A DNA stretch of 62,964 nucleotides, the filler included, from Octopus bimaculoides (taxonomy: Eukaryota), in the NCBI RefSeq assembly GCF_001194135.2. It is 7 parts of 6 records of this genome, joined end to end, with 100 filler letters (N's around TTAATTAATTAA, not from the genome) between each part and the next. Parts side by side here need not be neighbours in the genome. Positions count along the whole stretch, not along the records: positions 1 to 18,939 come from NC_068982.1; positions 19,040 to 40,509 come from NC_069008.1; 5 more parts are not named here. The stretch is one strand, 5' to 3'. The first letter of the stretch is position 1, and every line of letters starts with the position of its first letter. Shown piece after piece: positions 13,716-24,509 of the stretch. A program made the position numbers and the translations under genes. The notes beneath the pieces are model-generated. The model had not been told where the DNA came from and made no database searches. It worked only from the letters and a program-made list of their open reading frames with translations.

Positions 13716-14199
13716 ACCATATTTAATTTTTACTTTTCCTTGAATATGTGTGTATATATATATATATNNNNNNNNNNNNNNNNNNNNNNNNNNNNNNNNN
13801 NNNNNNNNNNNNNNNNNNNNNNNNNNNNNNNNNNNNNNNNNNNNNNNNNNNNNNNNNNNNNNNNNNNNNNNNNNNNNNNNNNNNNNNNNNNNNNNNNNNN
13901 NNNNNNNNNNNNNNNNNNNNNNNNNNNNNNNNNNNNNNNNNNNNNNNNNNNNNNNNNNNNNNNNNNNNNNNNNNNNNNNNNNNNNNNNNNNNNNNNNNNN
14001 NNNNNNNNNNNNNNNNNNNNNNNNNNNNNNNNNNNNNNNNNNNNNNNNNNNNNNNNNNNNNNNNNNNNNNNNNNNNNNNNNNNNNNNNNNNNNNNNGTAC
14101 AGAAGTAAATATTGAAAAAAAAGTCGTCAGAATTTTGGAATAAATGAAAGAAGTTATTCCAAAATTCTGACGACGTTTTTTTTCAATATATATATATAT

Positions 14200-14640
14200 A
14201 AACACAGGAATGTTGCTTTGCAACATTTGTTTTTGAAAGTAGTGGTTTTCTGATTGCAGCCCTCCCATGAAATCTGGCTTTGTGCAGCTCCCAGCAAACA
14301 GTTTTTTTGGAAACTGGGTTCTCAAGGTGGCTATTAAGCTCTACAGTAATTTTGGGAGCTGTACTTTTGTGATCCTTTCTAACAATTTGTGTAACCATCC
14401 GATGGTCCCTATCTGAAAGTTTTGGTTTTCTTCTGGAGTTTTGTTTTGACAAGGATGTTTTTCCTTCTTTTTTGAAAGGCTGTCATTACTCTCAAGACAG
14501 TACTACTTGATACACCAAACATTTCGGCTATTTTCATTACGCTAGTGCCTACCACACAAGCACCAACAAAATCGACCTCTTTGAAAGTCTGATAGATCTG
14601 TCACTTTATTGAATTTTAATTACTTTCTCTGATGATATCT
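14200..14640 (-). mobile_element. Tc1-family transposase N-terminal fragment (paired-like HTH)
   Basis: TDLSDFQRG..VGA...IAEMFGVSSSTV...RKPKLSDRDHR...STAPKIT.ELN..LENPVSKKTV..ELHK..FHGRAAIRKPLLSKTN; frameshifted and truncated. Confidence 0.85.
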
Positions 14641-14654
14641 GAAAAGAAACAGCA

Positions 14655-15009
14655 ATCCAATCTGATTTGGCAGAGTTTCTACAGCTGGATACCCTTCCTA
14701 ACGCCAACCACTCCGAGAGTGTAGTAGGTGCTTTTACGTGTCACCCGCACGAAGGCCAGTCAGGCGATACTGGCAACGGCCACGCTCAAAATGGTGTATT
14801 TTATGTGCCACCCGCACAAGAGCCAGTCCAGGGGCGCTGGCAACGATCTCGCTTGAAAGTCCTTTACACATGCTGCGGGCACAAGTGCCAGAAAGGCGAC
14901 GCTGGGCACAGATGCCATCCCGATTTCGCTTTCGCTTGCCCCAATAAGTCTTCGCAAGCTGAGTTTCGTGTCCAATGAAGGAGACAACGTTGGCATGAGT
15001 GCCAGTCGT
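14655..15009 (-). mobile_element. Family C repeat, long form
   Basis: CAATCTGATTTGGCAGAGTTTCTACAGCTGGAT.CCCTTCCTAACGCCAACC; close to 56830-57195 and 40610-40880. Confidence 0.85.
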
Positions 15010-15934
15010 NNNNNNNNNNNNNNNNNNNNNNNNNNNNNNNNNNNNNNNNNNNNNNNNNNNNNNNNNNNNNNNNNNNNNNNNNNNNNNNNNNNNNNNNNNN
15101 NNNNNNNNNNNNNNNNNNNNNNNNNNNNNNNNNNNNNTATATATATATATATATATATATATTAAAACAGTAGGGTAAAAAATTGGATATTAATTAATAT
15201 CAATTTAATACCATGGAACAAGCACATTAAAAGAATCAAGGAGATTCAGAAAAAATATCTGAGATCTAGTAGACGCATTACATGTGATCTTCTTCTAGCA
15301 CATTAACAGTCCACCTAGTGGTCTCCTTTATATATACACACACACACACACACACATACATATATAATGCAACCCATGTCAGTATGGAAAAACGAACATT
15401 AAATTATTAATAGAAATACACATAAAAGAGCTGAAGGTGTAGATTAGATAATTAGTGTTCAAAAGGATGTAAGGTCTCAACTTAAAATCTTGCTGATACC
15501 ATTCTGTTGTGCATCAAGGAAAGATCCATTCCTCTCATAACCTTTATTTGTTGGCTCCTACTTATTTATGGAGCTGGTGGTAGGCAGACAGCTTGAACGG
15601 TCAGTACACATGTACCAACATATTTACTAATATCTCTTTTTTGAAAGAAGTTAACAAAACGAAAATATAGCCTTCAACCTTCAAGGGTCAAATGAAAACG
15701 TTTATAGCAAAAGAATTTTGTTTATAAGTGTTGTTTATTTTCATCTTTATATTGATTTTAATTATTTCTCACATCTTTCTGAAGATTGATTGCTGCTCTT
15801 CTTTTGTAATAGCAGTAGCTTTACTTTATCTTCTGTTTATTATTTGTTTGTCTGTTGCCTTGGTTTTATTTTGTCACCACTACTACTACTACTACTGCTG
15901 CTGCTGTTATGTGTTCAGTGTCTGATTGCTGACT

Positions 15935-16340
15935 TGTGAAGTTATATAGAACAGCTGTTGTCAAGTAACATCAGCTGCAACCATCTATTGGCTGAGTTCA
16001 TGATTGCCCTGTCACCTTTCTTTGGCCTAAATGGTAGTTTTCCTCACTCTGATAGCTAAAGGAAAAGGTTGTGTGGTGGGCATGACTGAAAGGGCTTTCC
16101 CCTTCAACTGAACCATCAACAACTTCAAGTTTCATTTGGAGAGTTAGGTGAGGGTGGAGAAGAATGTTCTGCCCTCCATTAAATTTTTTGAAGAGTGGAT
16201 GAGTGTGCTGAGCATGGCTTGGTAGTCAGCATAATTATGAGTCTGTTGGGCCCTTTAATTGGCCCTAGGTAATCCTTATTCCTTCTTTTTGGGGATTTCT
16301 TTGTTATTGTTAGGGCTAAAATTGTTAACCTGCTTTTTAC
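15935..16340 (+). mobile_element. L1/Tx1-like LINE 3' end, decayed
   Basis: YIEQLLS...VFLTLIA..KVVWW..LKGL...FKFHLE..VRVEKNVL..KFFEEW; shares GAACAGCTGTTGTCA with the Tx1-like relic at ~34200. Confidence 0.5.
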
Positions 16341-16399
16341 TGAACCAAAACTCCTAGTCGGAGCGTTGGACAAAATGCCCACTGGTATTTCTTCTCACT

Positions 16400-16512
16400 C
16401 ATTATGTACTGAGTTCAAATCCCACTGGGATCGATAAAATAAATACTAGTTGAGCACTGGGGTTGATGTAATCGACTAGACTCTTTCCCAAAGCCTTTAG
16501 TAGAAGGGATTG

Positions 16513-16553
<41 letters not shown>

Positions 16554-16790
16554 TCTATGGTGGCGAGCTGGCAGAATCATTAGCACTCTGGGCAAAACAC
16601 TTAGTAGTATTTTGCCCATCGCTATGTTCTAGTTCAAATTCCACCAAGGTTGACTTTGTCTTTCATCCTTTCGGGGTTAATAAATTCAGTACCAGTCAAG
16701 AACTGGGTCGATGTGATCAACTGTTCCCCTCCCTGCAAAATCCAGGCCTTGTGCCTGTAGTAGAAAGGATTATTATTATTATTATTATTG
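16400..16790 (+). mobile_element. Two tandem family A SINEs joined by (ATT)n
   Basis: Partial copy 16400-16555, then GGCGAGCTGGCAGAATC head to GTAGAAAGGA(TTA)n tail. Confidence 0.8.
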
Positions 16791-17019
16791 TGTTTTGGCT
16801 TTGCTTTAATTTATGCATGCTGCACCCATGTCTGAACTAGAGATTTTGCATCTAAAAATGCTAACAGGTGAGGTGCTATGTAACTGAGAAAACTGATGCG
16901 TGTGTGTAAAAAGACAAAAAATTCTTTATAAAATTTACAACACTGAATTAGTAAGACTGCATTTATATAGACAGGAATTTACTTATGTATTTATAATGAT
17001 TTGCCTTTCACCCTTTCAG

Positions 17020-17094
17020 TGAAACACTGGGGTTGATGTAATCAACTGGTCCCCTCCCCCAAAATTTCAGGCCTTGTACCTTTAGTAGAAAGGA

Positions 17095-17141
<47 letters not shown>

Positions 17142-17145
17142 TTAC
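17020..17145 (+). mobile_element. Family A SINE 3' end with long (TTA)n tail
   Basis: CACTGGGGTTGATGTAATCAACT...GTAGAAAGGATC(ATT)n. Confidence 0.75.
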
Positions 17146-17470
17146 TTCTCTGAGCTCTCAGTCTTACTTGCACTGGTTGATTCTGTGAGAGTAGACAGCA
17201 GCCTGCTGTCTGAGGTCATACAGGGTCTCTTTCCACAAACTATAAGCTTTGGTACTTGTATGTTAACTTATGGAAGACACTCAGCACCCAAGCACCAATC
17301 TCAAATCCTAGTCATCCCCAATAGGGCAGCTTTTGCACCTGCTCTGCCCTCGTGTCATTTCTAATTTCTCTGACATTTCTCTAACTTGGTTGTTAGTGTT
17401 CCCAGTACTACTACGACCACTGGCATAACAGTTACTCTCCTCATTACCCACTTTCTTGCAATTTCATCTA
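17143..17470 (-). mobile_element. R4/Dong-like RLE retroposon 3' fragment
   Basis: EIARKWVMRRVTVMPVVVVVLGTL...EQVQKAALLGMTRI on the - strand, then a 3' UTR ending in (TAA)n. Confidence 0.7.
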
Positions 17471-17749
17471 TTATTGTTGTTATTATTCAAAGCCTGGTAG
17501 ATGACAGAAACAGCAGAAAACAACTGAACATTATGACCAGCAGTATTTAGTTTCGTCCCTTTATGTTTGCTGTTGAAATCTTGCTTTCAGTCGTTCATAG
17601 AATGATCAATGATTAAGTACTGGCATCAATTTTATCAGCTACATCCCTCCCCCAAATTTGAGGCCATCTGCCTGTGTCAGAGATCATTATTTTAGAAGTA
17701 GATTGGTAGAATCTCAGACAAAATGCCTCTCTGTAGTGTTATTACCCTT

Positions 17750-18112
17750 TGTCTTTAACTTGTTTCAGGCAATGGACTATGGCAATGCTTGGACAAATAA
17801 ACCAACCCCATTGCTTACTTATTTTTTGTCAGGGACTTATTCTATCAGTCACTTTTGCTAAACTAATCTACAGGGACGTAAACAAACCAGCACCAATATC
17901 AAACCGCTGTGGCAGACGGCCATATGCAAATTACACACACACACGTATATATATATATGGTGACATTCTTTAAGTTCCTATCTGCTAAATCCTTTCACAA
18001 GGCTTTGGTCAGCCTGCTGCTATAGCAGAAGACACTTGTCTGAAGTGCCTTGTAGTGGGACTGAACCTGAAACTATGTGGTTAGGAAGTAAATTTCTTAC
18101 CACACAGCCACA
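17750..18112 (-). mobile_element. SINE family B
   Basis: Reverse-complement match to 3732-4134 including the head (TTACCACACAGCCAC). Confidence 0.8.
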
Positions 18113-18888
18113 TCTGCTTGTATAATTGTAGCTATGTGTCACTGAGTTCAAATCCTGCCAAAATTGATCTTACCACAAAATTAGCACCAGTCGATAACTG
18201 GGGTCAGTTACCTATAATGAATGTGACCTTGTATCTCTGTTAGAAATCATGTTTATTAACTTGCATAATTTCTGAAACTATCCTCAACAGTGTTGTTATT
18301 TTTGTAACTGACCATTCACTTAGATTTCTTTCATTCTACACATCCCACCTCTGTCTGTGTGTGTGTATCTCTCTCTCTCTTTTCCTCTCTCTCTCTTTTC
18401 TCTCTCTCTCTCTCACTTTCTCTCTTTCTCCCTCTATGATATCATATGTTGTAATATAACTTAGTAACATTAGCTTTTGCAAACATATTAACTCTTACAT
18501 CCTTTCTGTTGAGATTGTTAAAACTCCTCCTGCACCTCTGTCTGCTGCTGATAATTTGCTAACGTGACAGTTAGCAAACTTTTCAAAGAAACCAAAACAA
18601 ACCAAATACTTATGCGGATCTTCATAGTTCAGAGCTAAGCTTAGTCACAGCACAGCTGGGTGTGTTTTTGTTTTTCGATGAGGTGAGGAAGTCCGAGGGC
18701 CGCAAGGGCAGTTTGAAGTTGATAAATGGATTGAGCAAATTCAAGGGGTTTTACCCATTTTATTTGACATTATTGGTGAGAAAACAATTTTCTCTATCTT
18801 TTAGTTTTATGCAGCATGTTGCTGGAAGGTCTGTGCTAACGAGTAACTTTCATAATATAACTAAACACTTTATTTCGCTTATATGATG

Positions 18889-18939
<51 letters not shown>

Positions 18940-19039
18940 NNNNNNNNNNNNNNNNNNNNNNNNNNNNNNNNNNNNNNNNNNNNTTAATTAATTAANNNNN
19001 NNNNNNNNNNNNNNNNNNNNNNNNNNNNNNNNNNNNNNN

Positions 19040-19240
19040 ACTGTAGGCACAAGGTCTGAAATTTGGTGGGAGGGGACTAGTCGATTATTTCGACCCTAGT
19101 ACTCAGCTGGTACTTGATTTATCGACCCCGAACGGATGAAAGGTAAATTCGACCTCAGCGGAATTTGAACTCAGAACATGTCGACGAACGAAATGCGCGG
19201 CATTGTGTGTAAGTACTAATGATTCTGCCAGTTCGTTGCC
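19040..19240 (-). mobile_element. SINE family A
   Basis: GGAATTTGAACTCAGAAC (B box reversed) and TCGACCCC motifs shared with other family A copies. Confidence 0.8.
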
Positions 19241-19630
19241 TGTATTATTGAAAAAAATATTAAAAATAAAGTTCTTTTTTTTTAACTACCTTTTTTAACT
19301 ACATTTTTCTGGGAAGTTTTATTGAGTCCTGGTGGAAATAGGTTGAGAAACACTGCCCTAGATGCATTTCAAGAAGTACAGTTGCAGAACAGTCGTGACT
19401 ATGACAGAGCGGTTAACGTCTCTCGTCTTTCTTGATGGTTGTCTGCTTGATCCCAGGAGAGGCAACCTTTTTAAAAAAGATAGTGCATTGATACGATGCA
19501 ATGCTTACGCGCTATTAAGTTTCTCTATAAGCAATAGTGAAATTAATGTATCAGAAGATTCAACATAATCAGTGTTCATGCTCTCGGTGAATAGCATGAT
19601 GATTGAATATGTCAACCTTACAAAGCAACT

Positions 19631-20020
19631 GTCGTGAAGGCACATGGCTCAGTGGTTAGAGTCATTAACAAAAGGTGGTGCATTGTTTATCTATTAGCAA
19701 TAGCAGCGGTCGTGAAGGCACATGGCTCAGTGGTTAGAGTGTCGTGTATCGTGTCCTTGAGCAAGACACATCATTTCACGTTGCTCCAGTTCACTCATTT
19801 GTAGAAATTAGTTGCAACGTCACTGGTGCCAAGGTATATTGGTCTTTGCCTTTTCTTTGGATAGGATCTCGGTGGCGTAGAGAGCAGAGGCCGGTATGCA
19901 TGGGTGACTGCCGGTCTGTCCACAAACAACCTTGCCCAGACTTGTGCCTCAGAGTGTAACTTTCTAGGTGCAAACCCATGGTCATTCATGACCGAAGGAG
20001 GTCTTTACTCTTACTCTTTA
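19631..20020 (+). mobile_element. tRNA-derived SINE (another family) with duplicated 5' head
   Basis: GTCGTGAAGGCACATGGCTCAGTGGTTAGAGT present twice (A box TGGCTCAGTGG); body has GTCCTTGAGCAAGACAC; (CTCTTA)n tail. Confidence 0.7.
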
Positions 20021-20682
20021 CAGAGCAGCTGTCATTGACTGGGAAACAAACAATAAATGTTTCAGTTCAGGGATAGTGCGCGCGCGCGCGTTGTGTGTAT
20101 GTGCGCGTGTGTGTAACGTGAATTTTCTGAGGATTCTGCAAATGTAATATTTTCTCAGTCAAGCTCGATAAGTGGCCAACTTCTGTCGTGTTTCACGCAA
20201 GTGAATGCTTTACATGAGCTTTCTTGTCACATTGGAGGACGAATCATTTAGTACAGTGATTCTTAAAAGGTCCATGTGACCCCTGGGAGTCCATGTAAGA
20301 TTTTTAGAGGTCCACGCAAGCAAAATAGTAAATTGGAGATCTACGAAAGTATTTTAAGGGTCCATGAAAAATGTTACTTTGGATGTATTTATTTCAGGAA
20401 ATAGGTTTCTTTCTTTCACGTTTTACGCGGTGCAACCGACACAAATTAACGCGTGAAGAGCAAAATAAGAATTTTGAAAGAATATCTATAAAGCTAGTTT
20501 TTAAACACGTATATACCATATCTTATGCATATGTACAAATTTTCCTCCGTGTGTGCATGTGTGAAAGTATGAATGTATGTATGTGTGTGAGCGCGCTTTG
20601 AACATTATATCCTTATACAGGCTGAACTATATGTATTTTGAGTTCAAACCAAAACATTTTTACTTCAAAATAAATGTAATTT

Positions 20683-21276
20683 TTACATGTGAAACCGCCA
20701 ACTCTTCAAATTCTCCAGATATTCTATCTCCTTCACCAGCTCTGGATCCTCCATCATCTCCACCAGCTTTTCAACTTTCGATTCCTTCTGCAGTTGTTTC
20801 TTCTGTTTCATGTGCCATTCCAAACCATAGAGTCTCTCTAGAGTCTTCTTTTCCAGTTCCTTCAGTTCAGGCATCTCTATATCATCCAGATTCTTCGTTA
20901 GCTGTATCTTTAAATCTTGATTCAGCTGCTTTTCCAGGTCCTGTAACTCCTGCTCTAACCGCTTCTCCTGTCTCTTCAGCACTTGTACCAACTCTTCCAT
21001 CATTTCCTTCTTCTCCTTTAACTCATCTTCCTCACATGTATTGATCACCTCCGACACAGGATCTTTGAAATTAATTTTTCTTGTTTCATTTATAAAAAGA
21101 TGTTTCTTATAAGGAAACCTCTGACTAGATGCTTCATCTGTAAAGTTGGGATCAGGACCTACAGAATTTATCTTATGACGAACTGAGAAATTCATTAAAG
21201 AACGTTTGCTTCTAGACAGGAAGAGGGAAAGACGTCTTTTCCGATATGGTGTAGCTGTCGGTGACAATGGTAACAT
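20683..21276 (-). CDS. Unidentified 197-aa protein: basic N-terminus (RKRR) and E/K/L-rich coiled-coil C-terminus
   Basis: Uninterrupted 594-nt ORF in non-repeat sequence; strong acceptor TTTTTTAAAG|G at 21285/21284 just upstream of the ATG; heptad pattern EKRLEQELQDLEKQLNQDL. Confidence 0.65.
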   Translation of the reverse strand: MLPLSPTATPYRKRRLSLFLSRSKRSLMNFSVRHKINSVGPDPNFTDEASSQRFPYKKHLFINETRKINFKDPVSEVINTCEEDELKEKKEMMEELVQVLKRQEKRLEQELQDLEKQLNQDLKIQLTKNLDDIEMPELKELEKKTLERLYGLEWHMKQKKQLQKESKVEKLVEMMEDPELVKEIEYLENLKSWRFHM

Positions 21277-21739
21277 TTCAATTCCTTTAAAAAATATATA
21301 TAAAAAAGAACTAAATGAACAAAGAAACAATAAACAAATACAGAAACAAAAAGGGGAATATAGAGAGAAAGAAAGAAACTAATAAATATATCTGTAGATA
21401 ACAAGTCCCATCAATCAATCAATCAAGCACAAAATATACAGATGAAGAAAGATGAAAAGGAAAAAGAAATTATATAAAAATAAAAAATATAACTATGAAG
21501 TTATCTGTTAACTGAAGAGAGTAAGATGTATGAATTTGTCCAAACCAAAAGATCAATAAGTAATATATCAACCTGTGATCCATATGAAGTCGGACTTCTG
21601 AAGAAAACGGGATGAAAGTGAGCAAAATCTTCGAATCGTATTTGTAGAATTGTTACGTCAGATTCATTTTGACCAAACTTCATGACGTAATACTATTCTA
21701 TATTTTTTGAGTCGAGGATTTTTGTACCTTATGTACAAC

Positions 21740-22000
21740 GGACGGATAGGTGTCCTTACCTTGTTTGTTGTTACCGCAACTTACGGATAAAAACGCAGGC
21801 TACTAACTCTCGGTTTCTGATAACATCAGGAAAAAAAGAATGCCTTAGGAATGAGAACAGAGTACGCCATTAGCCAAATAAAGGGTTGGGTTTGAAATTC
21901 CATCAGAACACCTGATGAAGGCTGGAGAGTACATCAGCCGAAACGTTGTGGTTACAAGAAACACGGTGAGGTTACCTCTCTGTCCATTGTAAATAATCTT
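21740..22000 (+). repeat. Interspersed repeat carrying a hammerhead-ribozyme-like core
   Basis: CTGATGA (21912-21918), stem GGCTG/CAGCC, GAAAC (21940-21944); a diverged inverted copy of the flanking sequence at ~21740-21780; a related fragment at ~59511-59540. Confidence 0.55.
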
Positions 22001-22943
22001 CATGACGTAATTGTGGAAAACTTTTGACCGATGTGAATAACTGATTTTATATAACGTTTGAAATAAATGTAGTTTGATCATTTTTAACAATAAAATACTT
22101 TCAAATTTAATTACTCATAAGAAAATTACTGCGAGACCTCTGCAAATTAACGTGTTATTCTGTTATTCTGTTATTCTTTTATTCTTTTACTTGTTTCAGT
22201 CATTNNNNNNNNNNNNNNNNNNNNNNNNNNNNNNNNNNNNNNNNNNNNNNNNNNNNNNNNNNNNNNNNNNNNNNNNNNNNNNNNNNNNNNNNNNNNNNNN
22301 NNNNCCTCTACACCCGACTTCGATTGGAAATGACTATATATATATATAGTCAAAACTCTTATTTAAATCGCCGAAAATACACTGATAATAACTACAGAAA
22401 TCAACTGTCTGAAGACAAGCGGGCCAAGAAATCCCTCAGCATACATTCAAGTATTTGGACTCACGTGGACCAGTTTCTGGACTGGCGTTATAGCCTCACC
22501 TTCCTCACCACGCGTTACCACGATGGAGAGCCCCAACCCGTTACGTTGAAGTCTGCGCTGCAACTGATTCCTTTTGCGCCGAATCATGGCAGCCACCAGT
22601 GTGAACATAATTTCAATACGGAGCAAGTAATTCGGGAGAAAATATTTACGAAGATATTATTGACTCTATTATTATCTAGTGTAATAATAAAAAATGATAA
22701 AAACAGATTCAATGATATAGGCGATTGCAGGCCCCAAATAGCATTGAATATCTGAAGGATTAAAATTAATCAAAGGACATTCCAATTATGGCTACCTACT
22801 GGAAATAACAGTCAAAACTCTTATCTAAACCACCATATAACAACCATGACACATATATTATGCGCGATCAATAATGTTTAGACCACTAGGACTAGTTTTA
22901 AAATGAGTATTTATGTATGTATGTATATATGTATGTATGTATG

Positions 22944-22978
<35 letters not shown>

Positions 22979-23099
22979 ATAAAACTTTCTTGGAGACGGA
23001 TGGGTGGCGTTCGATCATATAATAACATAAATAATATATAAATACATGCATATATCCATACATATATGTACATACCTACATCTATATGTATACATAATG

Positions 23100-23400
23100 C
23101 ATACATGCATATATGGGTACAGGACATCACAAAAAACGTTAAACACAATGAGAAACGAAAACATAAAGACGAAGACAGAATACAAACTTTTCTTCGAACA
23201 ACGAAAAAACAAACAGAAAAACGAGACATGCAACATAAAGAATATTTCCCTTCTTCAGTTGTCCCTGCACCATCTACTCCACATTTCGAATGCAAGGACA
23301 ATACGCGACTTCGTTGGAACAGTCCTTCCCGCAAAGCAAATTAAATAAAATTTGGAATTTTTTGCGGAGAATGAAAGTGTAAACAAGAACAGGACAGTGA
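23100..23400. repeat. Interspersed repeat family D
   Basis: Highly similar to 58745-58990; diverged relative at 45085-45400. Confidence 0.85.
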
Positions 23401-24139
23401 GAACAAGACAGTAAAAACAAGACAGAAAAGTGAAAACAAACGGTAAGGGCTGTTAGGCCAAGACGATAATAAAAACTTATTATTTTGAACGCTTGTTAGA
23501 TGTGAATGAGAGACAAAAAAATCACATCTCTATAGGAAGGCAGGAAATAGAAAGAAAGAATCCCTTTCGTCACGTGTCGGCGACGAGAGGGTCAAGGAGG
23601 AGGAGTGAGAGAGAGGGAACGGTGAAAGGAAGAGAAGAATAGGGAAGGGTTGGGAGAGAAAAACAGAAAGGATGAAGAGCAAGAGAGGGAGAGAGATAGA
23701 CAGGGATGTGATAGTAATAGTAGTAGAGTGCACAATATANNNNNNNNNNNNNNNNNNNNNNNNNNNNNNNNNNNNNNNNNNNNNNNNNNNNNNNNNNNNN
23801 NNNNNNNNNNNNNNNNNNNNNNNNNNNNNNNNNNNNNNNNNNNNNNNNNNNNNNNNNNNNNNNNNNNNNNNNNNNCAATATGATTCATTTTGTTCAGAGT
23901 TGCCTCTTTTAGGTACATCCCATTGACAAGAGTTAAAAAAAACTCGAAACATTGGTGTCTGGGATTCCTGATAGATGGCGACACTGAACAAATCTGGTGT
24001 CTTCACGCCTTTTTTTTTTTTACCATAAGAGAGACACTTTCTCTACGATAACTGTTGTGAATTTGCCTTTTTGCAGCTGAAATATGTCAAAAACATATTT
24101 TAACTAACCTAAATTTTGCATGTATATTTATATATATAT

Positions 24140-24509
24140 AATTGCTTGAGAGTATATCTGATGTCATTTGGCTGCCATTTCAAGCTACATTGCTGACCAT
24201 TGTAGAAGGTGTTTCCTGTCTCTTCACTTTAAATCAATTACCGAGAGAGAAAGGGGTGAACACACCCGCTAACACACTAACAACAGCACATCACACGCAT
24301 ACTGCATTAACTTCCATCTATTTTTCTTAAACAACCAAAACTAAGTTGAATGAGGACTATCTCTTGTCCCTTAAAAGTGTATAGGTCCAAATTTGAGGAC
24401 AACCTATATCTACGTCAAAGGATCTTTCATGCCAAGTTTGAACATGATTGATTTACTGGTTTTGTGTGCTTTGGTAACAAACACAAACAAGCAATTTTAT
24501 ATATTAGAT
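24140..24509 (-). mobile_element. Possible non-autonomous Helitron-like element
   Basis: - strand starts A|TCTAATATATAAAA..GTTTGTGTTTGT..AAACTTGGCATG, a pattern typical of invertebrate Helitron-N 5' ends; the 3' hairpin was not resolved. Confidence 0.35.

Noticed and set aside
14667-14978. Recurrent ORF AEFLQLD.LPNANHSES.. (also 40558, 56900)
   Set aside because: Chance frame within the dispersed family C repeat
18984-18995. TTAATTAATTAA islands inside N runs (also 40554, 44899, 57239, 58548, 61156)
   Set aside because: Identical 12-mers centred in equal-length N blocks are scaffolding gap markers, not a biological repeat or CRISPR-like array
20577-21044. Ser/Pro-rich 155-aa + strand ORF
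   Set aside because: Antisense shadow of the GAA/GAG/AAG-rich coiled-coil ORF
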